Origin: a virus
Reading direction: 5' to 3' (one strand)
Virus record (IMG/VR): IMGVR_UViG_3300047548_000777
Coordinates: 1-64,000 of that record
Length of the DNA: 64,000 nt
Shown: piece after piece, positions 38,501 through 47,769 of the stretch
Layout of the letters: each line of letters starts with the position of its first letter
Position numbering within the stretch: the first letter of the stretch is position 1
Translations under genes and position numbers: made by a program
Notes under the pieces: generated by a model
What the model saw: the letters and a program-made list of their open reading frames with translations, nothing else
What the model was told of the DNA's origin: nothing
The model's database searches: none

Positions 38501-39296
38501 TCGTGCCGCCCGAAGTACTACCAACAGAAATATTAGTTATACTACCTGCCGAACCGCCAGTACCTAAGTTAACAGTTTTTGTTACACCACTACCATTGAT
38601 ACCTGTTCCAAGGTTAAGTGTATGCGCTACTGTACTACGATCTACTGTAATAGTTCCTGTTTGTAAAGTGCCGCCAATTAACAAGTCTCCGCTAGTTTGT
38701 CCGCTAGCAATTATTATTTCCGTGGTAGTATTTTCACCAAGTAATGTAGTGGCAACATTTCCTGCAGTTATTGTGCCTCCGCTAACTGTTAAATTACCCG
38801 TTACTGATGTGTTTCCGCCAACATATAAGTTTTCTGTTATACCGGCACCACCCGTGACGCGTAATGTTCCAGAAGTTGTGCTTGTCGATGGTTCGTCTTT
38901 TGTTAAAAACAAGTTATTGGTAATTTTAGCCGTTCCGCCGACTGTAAATTTGTAAAGGAACTCGCTGTTTCCTATTCCCAGACTGCCAGTGCTTGGTTGG
39001 TAAAATAAATCGCTATCATCGACTTTTAATACTTCATCTCCAGTACTATTTGAGACAAAGGTTAAAAAATGTGTTGCGGTGTCTGTAGTTTCGTTAAGTA
39101 CCGTTGATTTATTCGAAACAATAGATTCTGCAAATACAGATCCTGTAACATATACATCGCTACCTACATATAGGTCTTCTGCAATGCCTGCGCCACCTTT
39201 TACGACCAGAGATCCGGTTGTTGGGCTTACTGATGGTGTAGTAGCTGCTACTACAAGCCCGTGTTTAACTTCAAATTCTTTATTAGTTGTTGCCAT
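35565..39296 (-). CDS. Long tail fibre with C-terminal intramolecular chaperone (peptidase S74-like)
   Basis: FEVKHGL N-terminus, S.TTG.L.V.GGAGI repeats, VDDKNIELG, SDARFKENI...GVIAQDIE. Confidence 0.82.
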   Translation of the reverse strand: MATTNKEFEVKHGLVVAATTPSVSPTTGSLVVKGGAGIAEDLYVGSDVYVTGSVFAESIVSNKSTVLNETTDTATHFLTFVSNSTGDEVLKVDDSDLFYQPSTGSLGIGNSEFLYKFTVGGTAKITNNLFLTKDEPSTSTTSGTLRVTGGAGITENLYVGGNTSVTGNLTVSGGTITAGNVATTLLGENTTTEIIIASGQTSGDLLIGGTLQTGTITVDRSTVAHTLNLGTGINGSGVTKTVNLGTGGSAGSITNISVGSTSGGTTTIHSPSLVVSGNLIVNGTTTTVNTNILTVDDKNIELGSIVSAVVSITGTVGSITGTGPWTAAITGMTNTSGLIPGAAITATNGAGTIGTGGTAVVFSVDSSTSITYTYTGGTAPTTGTVTDITTTGPTDVTADGGGITLKGTTDKTILWVDSTDSWTSNQNFSSPSYTVTGTGNITFADGNTNRGVKGLVGESDYWYIGGGATGIDAGFLEIATGNNKNEPIYVRQYGTEDVRTATLLDASGNTIFPGTVTATQLVSTVEVGTAPLSVASTTVVANLNADLLDSYHAEDFALVGHSHTLTIGDGTDSKLTLDVNTERLNLVAGSNILIAYDDDTNSVTMSATGLSSFNTITIDNTDTEYNWNTADGTQVVTDSVNDQLKIVAGSGIRVSADANNDAIRIEHKDTSSVEDVTAQTNKFVNAITFDTFGHVQTITTGDVVNKTYWLDGTTPSANIVDIQLIDSDAVEDYIRVTGSGSTTVAWDEDTQQLTIDSSYVNTTYTLDGTSPSANVVDLELVGTDSSTDSIRITGSGAATVSWDETNQKLTISATNTTYTISAETETNGASLKLSGADLSTDSVKLIAGSNISITRDDENQITFGSSFTNTTYSLDGTSPSENIVDLELVGTDSSTDSIRIAGIGSTTVSWDEDTQKITIGSTYVNTTYTISAETETGGASLKLSGSDSSADSVILKAGSNISITRDSENQITFGSSFTNTTYSLDGSTPADTTNIVDLQLIGNDSSTDSIRVTGSGSTVVSWSETDQKLIINSTNTDTTYSISAGDGAVTGEKTIILTATGSGSGTDSVTLKAGSNISLARTDDVITINSTYVDTNTDELVKITDETADAGTYYPAFFSSNTGAQSGYVSSTKLTFVPSTGTLSATEINSLSDARFKENIEEISDSFGILEKVQPVKFSWKETGKTAYGVIAQDIETVLPEVVSTNDYGIKSVNYSQLIPLLIAVVKRQQEQIEELNKRLGNQ
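36230..37180 (-). repeat. About 330-nt period internal repeats in the fibre gene
   Basis: CATCTAACGAATATGTAGTATTTGTAAACGAAGAACCAAATGTAATTTGATTTTC occurs at about 36342 and 36672; TAATAGAATCTGTGCTACTATCTGTTCCCACCAATTCAAGGTCAACTA at about 36602 and 36926. Confidence 0.85.
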
Positions 39297-39341
39297 TCGC
39301 TTCCCTATCCACGAAGATTTCTAGAAAATGTTCTAGTTTAG

Positions 39342-39383
39342 TATTTATAAAAAAAGCATTGCGGTATTTTGCAATGCTTTTTT
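39342..39383 (-). terminator. Terminator immediately followed by a late promoter
   Basis: AAAAAAGCATTGC/GCAATGCTTTTTT stem (39350-39383); TATAAATA at 39349-39342. Confidence 0.8.
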
Positions 39384-39399
39384 AGTGTTACCTAACTTA

Positions 39400-42300
39400 T
39401 TAAGTCAGCTCGATCAATTGTCTTTCAGCTTTGATTACCGTTTTTCTAACTGTACCAATTGGGAGCTTACTATTTGTAATAGTAGTATTACCTTGAGGAG
39501 ATACAATCAATCTCACATTGGTTGCCGTGGTGTCTGCGCTAAATGCCGCTACGGTTCCGTTAGTTTCTAACGTTGCATATTCTGTAATATAGATATTAGG
39601 AGTTCCGGTGATAATTGCACTTGATAACGGAATAGTTGGAACCGAACTAACTCTGAACGAAGTTGAACTAATAATTTCTGTAACAAATGTATTAGATTCA
39701 AATACGCCTGTTGAAGAGTCCGAGGTTACTACTACGCCCATTCCAGGGTATAGGTTTGTTGTGCTGTTTACTGTTATCACATCTGCTGCATTTGATGCTG
39801 ATGCAGTTGAAACGTAATTTCCAACCAGTGTTCCTCTAATAGTTGCAGCGGTTAATGCCGTAGTTGGAGCATTGCTTAGTGTAATTGAAGTATCTGTTAC
39901 AAAACTTTCTACTGTTGTTCCAGCAGGTAGTGCACCAGTACCATCTACTACAACTACTGTCATACCTACATAAACACCTGCTGTACTGGTCACCGGTAAA
40001 GTTGCGGTATTACTAGTTACTCCGGAAATTGTGAATACCGGAGCATCTGTAGTTAATAGAATCTCGGAAGTTTGAGTTCTAGTAGAAGTAGTACCGACTT
40101 GAGTGGCTTGAATTGTATACTTGGCAGACCTATACATACCCCAGTTAAACCCAAGATCAAAAATTTGATTAGTTGCAAGTGTAGTAAACTCTTTCGATAT
40201 GGTGTTAACTTCTTGAATACGATTTAATATCCATTCTGCAGTTACTACTTCAGTTCCAGTTGCATTTATATTTGGGCTTGTACCTAGTTTAACGACTCCG
40301 TTTCCACTAGAAATTGTAGTACCACCGATTACAACTTCGCCAGTTACTGCTGGGAATACTTCTGCTTTTCCTGTAGTTACATCGGTAGTTAACTTAACTG
40401 TGCCTTCTGGCGTGCTTCCAATAGTTAATGTATTTCCTGTTACTGCACCACCAAATTTTAAGGTACTTGCCGCAGCAGTTGCTGCAGTTGCAATATTAAC
40501 TGTTCTTGCAGCAGTGCCAGTATTGGCAATAGTTACGGTTGCCGCATTAGCAGAATAATTAGTTGTTCCTGTTATTGTTGGGAACACATTACCTACAGAT
40601 GCAGCATTAGTTGCATCGAATGTAGCATTACCGGCTGAGCCAGTATTAATAGCAATACGGTTTGTGCCAGTAGTAGTTAATCCACCATAGGTTAATGTAT
40701 TATTATTATTACCAGTTGCGCCTGCAATAGTTAATGTAGTTGCCGAAGTAGTAGTATTTTGTAAAGTAACAGTTGTTGCATTTTCTGCAAGTTTTACTGT
40801 TCCAGAAGTTGTAGTCGGGAACAATGCAGCAGTAACCCCAGAAGTGTTTGTATCAAAGGAAGCTACACCACCAGTTGTGCCGCCTACTTTAATCGAGTTA
40901 GTTCCAGATGTTATTGCTCCACCAAACAGCATTGTGCTAGCAGCCGAAGATCCTGTAGCAATTTGTACTGATTTTGCAGCAGTTCCTGCATTAGTTAGTT
41001 GGAGTGTTGCTGCATTGTTACCGACCGAAACTACTCCAGTAACTGATGGGAATACCGTTGCACTACCTGAAGTTACATTAGTGGTAATTGTTGCAATTCC
41101 ACTGGCATCGTTTCCGCTGACTGATAAAATGGCATTTCCAGTTTCTGCACCTATTTTTACAGTAGTTGCGGCTCCTCCAAGGTTTACTGTGCCAGTTACG
41201 CTAGTGAATACGTTGGCAACGCCTGAAGTTACACCAGTTTCAAGATTGACTGTACCAGTCCCGGTACTTTCGATTTTTAATCTGTTATTCGAAGTTAACC
41301 CACCGAATTTTAGTATACTAGCAGCATCAGTTGCCGAGGTCGCAATGTCGATAGTTCTGCCAGCCGTACCAATATTTGCAATATTTACATCAGTTGCGCC
41401 ATCGAATAAGTTACCAGTTGCAACGCTTGCAAACACGTTTGCAGTTGTGACACCGATAGTAGTTCTTAGTGTAACCGTTCCTGTAGTAGAGTTTCCTACT
41501 AATTCTAGTACGCTGTTTCCAGTATTTTTACCAACACTAATTACTGTGCCTGCTTCCCCGATGTTTATAGAAGTTGCACTTCTAAACGCATTTACTGTAG
41601 TCGGTTGATTTAATAATTCGAAAGTAGTTGCTGTGGAAGTTATGTCTCCCCCGTTTACAGCTAAATCTCCACCTAGTAATGTGTTACCAGCTTCAACCTG
41701 TATTGCGTAAGGATTTGTTATTGTTACGTTACTACCAGCTAACGGAGCATTGCTAATGTACAAACTTGCGGCACTAGAGTATGTTACACCAGTATTCACA
41801 GAACCAATTGTTTGCTGATCTATTCGTGCAATAGCTCCTTGAGTTACAGTTCCACTAGCTACAGTATCTATATCGTAAAAACTATTAGTTGGAATCTTTA
41901 ATGCTACACCAGAGGTTAGGTCCACTGCACTTGCAGTCATCTCTGGACTGGCAATAAATGTTCCGGCTTTTATTGCCCCATAGCTTCCGGAGAATGTACT
42001 TGCAGCACTTTCTTGTCCATCTTTATAGAACTCAAATATACCGTCGTTATTGCTCACACCGCTGAATGCGTAACGCTGGTCAATAATAATCAATCCAGTC
42101 TGAGTGATGTTTGATGCCGGATCGCTAGGTAATGTTATATTAAATGCGCCACTTGCTGCATTGCTGATAACAAAAGTACCATTATAAACTTCAGGCAAGT
42201 TATTTGTTAAGGTAACAACATCACCGTCGGTTAGTGCTGGACCTGTATAGTTAATTGTTGCAACTGCTCCAGCATATGTTCCGCTAGAAACTTCAAGTTG

Positions 42301-43854
42301 TGTAACTCTGGTAACAGTACCTAACGCACCTGTTGTAATTACAGAACTAGATAACGAGCTTGCAAAGCTAACACTGTTAGATGTGCTATTAGTAACTTTA
42401 TACGTTCCGTTAAATCCTACAGGGTCAACACCGCTTACTGTTATTATCTGCCCAATGTTAAATTGATAGTTTGAACCTACTGTTAAGGTAGCAGTTCCAC
42501 CAGAAGCAGTTCCACCTGTTACAACAACAGAATCTCCAGCAGCTTTGTAATAATTGTATTTGACACCGATGTCATATCCATCATCTACTGTTAGATATCC
42601 AGTTAGAGGTTTATGTAAATCTATGACGCTATCTTTAATACTTGTATTTGTGGTATTAACTATAGTTTGGCTACCTTTAACAATTAAATTACCAACAACA
42701 GTTAAGTCATGATTAATTGTAGTAGTTCCGATTGCATCACCGATATTAACTTGTGTTGCATCACCACCAATGTTTAATGTGGTAACACCAGAATTTACTA
42801 AGTTATACGTAGTAATTCCAGTACCTTGTAATAAACTAGTACCGTTAGTTCCAGTTCCGCCGTTTTCTGGAGGTAAAATTCCATTGATATGGCTCACACC
42901 ATAAACCGTACCATCTAATTCAACCTTACCGTAGAAAGGCGCGGTTGTAAGCCCTCCTGAAAGTAAAACACTACCTATTGCAACATCATTGAGCCCTTCT
43001 AGATCCGTAGGAGTAGAGGCATAAATAACATCTCCAGGAGTATATGCTTTACCAGTTATACCATTGTTACTTGCTAATAATGTTGCTGCAGTAGTATACC
43101 ATTTATTATCACTTGCTGCAATAAATTCTACTGCAGTATAATTATTCATAGTATAAGCATTATTTGCCGATAGGCTGTTAATGCTTGTATTTGAATTTCC
43201 TGCTCTAACCGTTGCACCACTCAGTAGTGATTCCGACGGAACTTTATCAACTGCAAATGTAGTTCCGCTTAAAATACTAGTAACTGTCGTATTTGGTTGG
43301 AATAATCCTGTACCGGTTATTACGGTAACTTTCATTCCAGGAAATAACCCATTAGTGGTATTAACAGTAACCGTTGTTCCTGAACTAGATACTACTGTCA
43401 CATCAGAAGGTGACGATAATGGATATACCGCAATAGGATTAAGGCTTGCATTAACTATACGAACCTTTCTTCCGGTAACTGCTGGCGGAAGCCTAATGCC
43501 ATTGTAAGGTTCTACATCGTTAGTGGAATTTATTATTACTGAATTATCTTTTGTTACAACAGTGCTATCTAACTGACTTGTACCGGTTGCTTCAATTCCA
43601 ACTTCGGTTTTTGATAGCATTGTTGAATCTGTATAAGCAACCGTTCTTCGAACCAGAGCTGCTAAGTCTCCGCTGAAAGTTCCATTGGTAGATTTCTCAG
43701 AAACATATAAATTATATCCATCCCATTCAACAGATCCTGAAGCTAGATCAGGTAAATTTGTGCCTTCTTGAAAAGTTAATGGTGCGTGAGTACCATCACT
43801 AGCGGGTAAATTTACACCAGTCCTTACTAGAAATTGCTTATTAATTGTTGACAT
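39400..43854 (-). CDS. Large T/G/S-rich tail fibre/virion structural protein
   Basis: 1484 aa; beta-repeat T.V.IG/A units; C-terminal YRSAKYTIQ...TSEILL...YITEYA module shared with the upstream gene. Confidence 0.75.
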   Translation of the reverse strand: MSTINKQFLVRTGVNLPASDGTHAPLTFQEGTNLPDLASGSVEWDGYNLYVSEKSTNGTFSGDLAALVRRTVAYTDSTMLSKTEVGIEATGTSQLDSTVVTKDNSVIINSTNDVEPYNGIRLPPAVTGRKVRIVNASLNPIAVYPLSSPSDVTVVSSSGTTVTVNTTNGLFPGMKVTVITGTGLFQPNTTVTSILSGTTFAVDKVPSESLLSGATVRAGNSNTSINSLSANNAYTMNNYTAVEFIAASDNKWYTTAATLLASNNGITGKAYTPGDVIYASTPTDLEGLNDVAIGSVLLSGGLTTAPFYGKVELDGTVYGVSHINGILPPENGGTGTNGTSLLQGTGITTYNLVNSGVTTLNIGGDATQVNIGDAIGTTTINHDLTVVGNLIVKGSQTIVNTTNTSIKDSVIDLHKPLTGYLTVDDGYDIGVKYNYYKAAGDSVVVTGGTASGGTATLTVGSNYQFNIGQIITVSGVDPVGFNGTYKVTNSTSNSVSFASSLSSSVITTGALGTVTRVTQLEVSSGTYAGAVATINYTGPALTDGDVVTLTNNLPEVYNGTFVISNAASGAFNITLPSDPASNITQTGLIIIDQRYAFSGVSNNDGIFEFYKDGQESAASTFSGSYGAIKAGTFIASPEMTASAVDLTSGVALKIPTNSFYDIDTVASGTVTQGAIARIDQQTIGSVNTGVTYSSAASLYISNAPLAGSNVTITNPYAIQVEAGNTLLGGDLAVNGGDITSTATTFELLNQPTTVNAFRSATSINIGEAGTVISVGKNTGNSVLELVGNSTTGTVTLRTTIGVTTANVFASVATGNLFDGATDVNIANIGTAGRTIDIATSATDAASILKFGGLTSNNRLKIESTGTGTVNLETGVTSGVANVFTSVTGTVNLGGAATTVKIGAETGNAILSVSGNDASGIATITTNVTSGSATVFPSVTGVVSVGNNAATLQLTNAGTAAKSVQIATGSSAASTMLFGGAITSGTNSIKVGGTTGGVASFDTNTSGVTAALFPTTTSGTVKLAENATTVTLQNTTTSATTLTIAGATGNNNNTLTYGGLTTTGTNRIAINTGSAGNATFDATNAASVGNVFPTITGTTNYSANAATVTIANTGTAARTVNIATAATAAASTLKFGGAVTGNTLTIGSTPEGTVKLTTDVTTGKAEVFPAVTGEVVIGGTTISSGNGVVKLGTSPNINATGTEVVTAEWILNRIQEVNTISKEFTTLATNQIFDLGFNWGMYRSAKYTIQATQVGTTSTRTQTSEILLTTDAPVFTISGVTSNTATLPVTSTAGVYVGMTVVVVDGTGALPAGTTVESFVTDTSITLSNAPTTALTAATIRGTLVGNYVSTASASNAADVITVNSTTNLYPGMGVVVTSDSSTGVFESNTFVTEIISSTSFRVSSVPTIPLSSAIITGTPNIYITEYATLETNGTVAAFSADTTATNVRLIVSPQGNTTITNSKLPIGTVRKTVIKAERQLIELT

Positions 43855-43875
43855 TGTCCACTCCTATATCCTTAT

Positions 43876-46800
43876 TTATGCTCTAAATTTAAATGTACTT
43901 ACTCTAGTTGCGTTGACTGAGAAAGGCGTATATACTAGTTCTACATTTGACCCTGAAATTCTACTAGAAAAAACTCCCAGCAGCTGGCTGGTATGCACGA
44001 TGCCATACTCACTGGTGTTAATATCTACCCCATTGTGTACCAACATAATTTCCTGTCCAGATACCTGGTTTGTTACTGTATCCTTAACTCTCACAATATA
44101 CTTTGCTAGATTATGGTCAGCTAGTGCAAACGAATCAATGACCGTTGCATTAGCATTTAAAATCTCTATTTCTGAAGTTGTCGTATTAAATTGATTTGCA
44201 ACCACTTCACTAAACGATGCCTTTGCGGGGGTTGTCTCTCCTATAACAGTTCCATCAATGTTACCACCGGTAATAGCTACCTTAGGACTTACAAGATTTA
44301 CATTCATGGTCCCGATATTACCAGTTACCACATTATTTGTAATTCCTGAACTAGGTATGTAAGTTAACGCATCCAATGATCTAATGTATCCAAAGAATCC
44401 CTGTCGAACTAATAGGACCACAGTAGCATTTGATGTATAAGTTCCTGGTATCGCCGTCGGTGTTATTGAAATATTAAAACTAGTGCTAGTTGGGTCTGCT
44501 GCAGTGACTTTCCATTTTCCATTAAAGATTGTATTCGTCGATCCTGCGATGATAACCGAATCATTAGTAGTTATTTTAGCATTGCTAACAGTCGTATTTA
44601 AATTAACCGATGTAGTATTAGATATACCGTTTGAAGTTAGGACTATACTGTTGATTAGTGCTGCCAAGTTCGTATGATCGTTGTATTTTATACCGTAATC
44701 TACGGAACTAGGTATGCTAATTTGTTCAGGACCAAATCTAACAATAGAGTTTCCAATAATTAATTCATCTTTAACAGTTAAATCGTGTTCTACAGTAACC
44801 ATTCCCGGTTCAATAGTAAAAGCTAACTGCTCTTTAGGATAGAACTCCAGTTTTCCAGTTGCATCGTTGGTTCCAGTTGTGTAAGTTGTAAACTTAGCGC
44901 TAGAAAAATTAGTTGCTGCAATGCTATTAGTTGTGATTCTTAATGTGTTAGTTTCGTTATATCCAATATCTAACGTAGGATGCAAAGTGTAAGTACTATC
45001 AAAAATATTAACATCTTTGTTTAAATTTTTAATATTGGGTTGGGTTTCTGTAACAATGGTTCCGTCGATACTGGTAAAATAACCAGTTTTCCATTTGCTA
45101 GTAGATTTTCCAAAGTCAATACTGTTAGATAGTTCTGGAATAACTGAGGCATTACCGGTTACACCAAACACCAAATCCTGATTTAAAGATTGATTCTTTA
45201 TAAGATTAAGATCAAGTTTGATGTTGTCGACTGTCAATTCAGTCAATGTGCCCACCCGTGTTATCGTAGTCTGAGTTGGATTGGAAACTGTTGCAGCCGA
45301 TCCTGTGGCATTACCGTTTAATGTTCCATAGAAATTCGGAGACGTTACACTGGTTCCTACATTTAATCGTTTTTCAATGCCAACACCACCCTCAACAATC
45401 AATGCACCTGTATCTTTACTTGTGCTTTCAAGAGTCGATGATATAACAACTGCCCCAGTGCCTGTAGTTTTTAATATAATATTGGCATCAGCATCTACGT
45501 TAGATATAGTGTCTGATGTAATATTAATATCACCGATCGTTGCAGATAATGCCGCACCCCCTCCGCCCGCCACAAAGTCAACATACGCTTTTGTTGCGGC
45601 ATCTTGTGCACTAACAGGGGTTGCTAAATTAGAAATGATGGTGTTGGATAAATCAACTACACCAGTTCCGTTGGGATTAATAACAATATCTTGATCAGTC
45701 CCTATGCTTATTAGACTATTTCCAATTATACGTAAACTATCTATAGTAGTAGGACCAGTTACGATACCACCTGCTAAATTTAAATAGTTATTTTCTAAAT
45801 ATTGTACTATTGCTGTCTGCGTAGGAGCTGTATAATCATCTGTAAACCCAGTTGAAGAAATTAAACTAGAGTTGTTGCTAATTTCTTTTAGCTGAACACC
45901 TACTGGAACCCCATTTCTAATCAAAGGACCCAATGCACTTATATTAGATAAGTTAAAGTTACTAGCATCAATGGTGGAAGTTCCAGTTAATTGATTTATT
46001 TCTAGAACATCCCCAATTTTAAAAATTCCCGAATCAGATAAGGTTGAGAAAAATATCTTACCATAATTTGTTTCAGTAATTTCATTTAATGCATTTGGAG
46101 ATCCGCCGTTTTCTGGAAGTGCATGAAGTGTGACACCAGAGCCAACATACTTAAATCCATGTCCATTTGCTGAAATCTTACTACCAAGGTAGAAGTTAAC
46201 CTGGGTTCCTGTTTCTGCAAACAATGGTCTTGGAACTAGTGATATCAAACTATTTGTAACAACCAACGGAGTTGCTGCCGAAATATAATACTTACTAGAA
46301 TCACCCACCAACTCTAACAGCGTGCCTGTAATCGGACGAGAAAGCATGGTCCCTATGTTTAATTGTCCTACACCACTTAATTCCACACTGGTAGTGGCTT
46401 CTGTTGTTGGAGATCCTCCAGTAAGCGTTACGGACGGGACTGTTTTATATCCATAACCAGGTTCAATAATCGTTATTTGTGTCACTATTCCTGCATCTAT
46501 TACAGATGTAGCAGTAGCTTGTGTTCCAATATATTCTAGTGTGGTTGTACCGTCAACTTCAGAGCCAGATGTATGTGCTGGGGGGACCATTCCAGTGGTA
46601 CCAGCAATTATAACTTTATAAAAGTTTCCATTACTAGTTAATGTTTGCTCTATTGTATATACTGTATCCGGTTCCCAAGAGACACCTCCAGCAATCGGAG
46701 GATCAATGGAAACTGATGGCGCTTCACTGTATCCACTTCCACCACCAGTTACATTTATTAACGCGACAAAACTGTACTCGCTCTGGCTTACTATTGCATT

Positions 46801-47769
46801 AGTTTTATAAGGAACCGAAGAAAATCCATTTGCAATGAGTCCATTAATACCGTATTCAGTAGTACACGCAGATGCTTCTATAAATCCGCCCGATTCTGTC
46901 TTTAAAGATTCATAACAAAATTTGGTGACAACACCATTTGCCAGTATATATGCACCGTTTGATGCTGTTAGTCCATATCCGCCCTGGCTCTCAACAACTA
47001 ATCTATCTACAATTACGGTTTTAATTGTTGAATTGCTAGAGAATCTAGAACCGTCGACGTTAACACCACCGCCTGCACCGGCAACATCAATGCGTTTGCT
47101 GACGTTTGGTACATCTGAATTTTTTATTAAAGGGAGTGCGCCCGGTGTGATTGCTGGATTCTGAACTGTCTTTTTAGGAATAAACAGTGTACCGTCAGCT
47201 AAGAAAGGTCCTGTAATTACCGTACAATTTCTTACTATCGGAGATTCTGTAACTACAGCGCCTACTGCAATTGCAAACGCATATCCAGGAGCTCTATGGT
47301 TTTTTATTTTAACATCTTGTACTAAACAAGCATTATTAAGGTGAAAAATATCTAGAGTAGGATTTGCCGGTATAACGGTACAGTCCTGTCCTATTATTGT
47401 TATTTCGTTATCTAATTTTAAAGGATTTAATTCTTTATAAACCCCACTAGAAACTATGATAGCCGTTCCTGGAATGGCTGCTGATAGCGCTGATCTAATC
47501 GTAAGCTTAGATTCAACTATTGAAGATCCGGTATTTTTATCATCACCGCCCTTGCTAACATAAATGACGTTTTTTACAGGCCTAGAAATTAAGTCATCCT
47601 GGCTAATCCATTTTGTGCTGCCATCGAGTCTAGCAATTAGTACACTGTTATCTACACTAGGTTTCCCTAGTGCAGGTTGTGCTTCAGTTAACGAAATAAA
47701 TTCGTACCTAGAAGATTCTAAATCTTCCAAAGGAGTTACTTTTGTTTTTCCACTTAATAAATTAGGCAT
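43876..47769 (-). CDS. Large virion structural protein with an N-terminal beta-helix-like region
   Basis: VIYVSKGGDD..G...SKLTIRSAL...SGVYKE; DAATKAYVD; GGSGY...P.V.I repeats. Confidence 0.72.
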   Translation of the reverse strand: MPNLLSGKTKVTPLEDLESSRYEFISLTEAQPALGKPSVDNSVLIARLDGSTKWISQDDLISRPVKNVIYVSKGGDDKNTGSSIVESKLTIRSALSAAIPGTAIIVSSGVYKELNPLKLDNEITIIGQDCTVIPANPTLDIFHLNNACLVQDVKIKNHRAPGYAFAIAVGAVVTESPIVRNCTVITGPFLADGTLFIPKKTVQNPAITPGALPLIKNSDVPNVSKRIDVAGAGGGVNVDGSRFSSNSTIKTVIVDRLVVESQGGYGLTASNGAYILANGVVTKFCYESLKTESGGFIEASACTTEYGINGLIANGFSSVPYKTNAIVSQSEYSFVALINVTGGGSGYSEAPSVSIDPPIAGGVSWEPDTVYTIEQTLTSNGNFYKVIIAGTTGMVPPAHTSGSEVDGTTTLEYIGTQATATSVIDAGIVTQITIIEPGYGYKTVPSVTLTGGSPTTEATTSVELSGVGQLNIGTMLSRPITGTLLELVGDSSKYYISAATPLVVTNSLISLVPRPLFAETGTQVNFYLGSKISANGHGFKYVGSGVTLHALPENGGSPNALNEITETNYGKIFFSTLSDSGIFKIGDVLEINQLTGTSTIDASNFNLSNISALGPLIRNGVPVGVQLKEISNNSSLISSTGFTDDYTAPTQTAIVQYLENNYLNLAGGIVTGPTTIDSLRIIGNSLISIGTDQDIVINPNGTGVVDLSNTIISNLATPVSAQDAATKAYVDFVAGGGGAALSATIGDINITSDTISNVDADANIILKTTGTGAVVISSTLESTSKDTGALIVEGGVGIEKRLNVGTSVTSPNFYGTLNGNATGSAATVSNPTQTTITRVGTLTELTVDNIKLDLNLIKNQSLNQDLVFGVTGNASVIPELSNSIDFGKSTSKWKTGYFTSIDGTIVTETQPNIKNLNKDVNIFDSTYTLHPTLDIGYNETNTLRITTNSIAATNFSSAKFTTYTTGTNDATGKLEFYPKEQLAFTIEPGMVTVEHDLTVKDELIIGNSIVRFGPEQISIPSSVDYGIKYNDHTNLAALINSIVLTSNGISNTTSVNLNTTVSNAKITTNDSVIIAGSTNTIFNGKWKVTAADPTSTSFNISITPTAIPGTYTSNATVVLLVRQGFFGYIRSLDALTYIPSSGITNNVVTGNIGTMNVNLVSPKVAITGGNIDGTVIGETTPAKASFSEVVANQFNTTTSEIEILNANATVIDSFALADHNLAKYIVRVKDTVTNQVSGQEIMLVHNGVDINTSEYGIVHTSQLLGVFSSRISGSNVELVYTPFSVNATRVSTFKFRA

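Noticed and set aside
35527-39312. Shared purine-rich leaders before two fibre genes (GGAGAGAACGAAGATGGC and GGATAGGGAAGCGAATGGC)
   Set aside because: Two short examples cannot be distinguished from ordinary SD regions.
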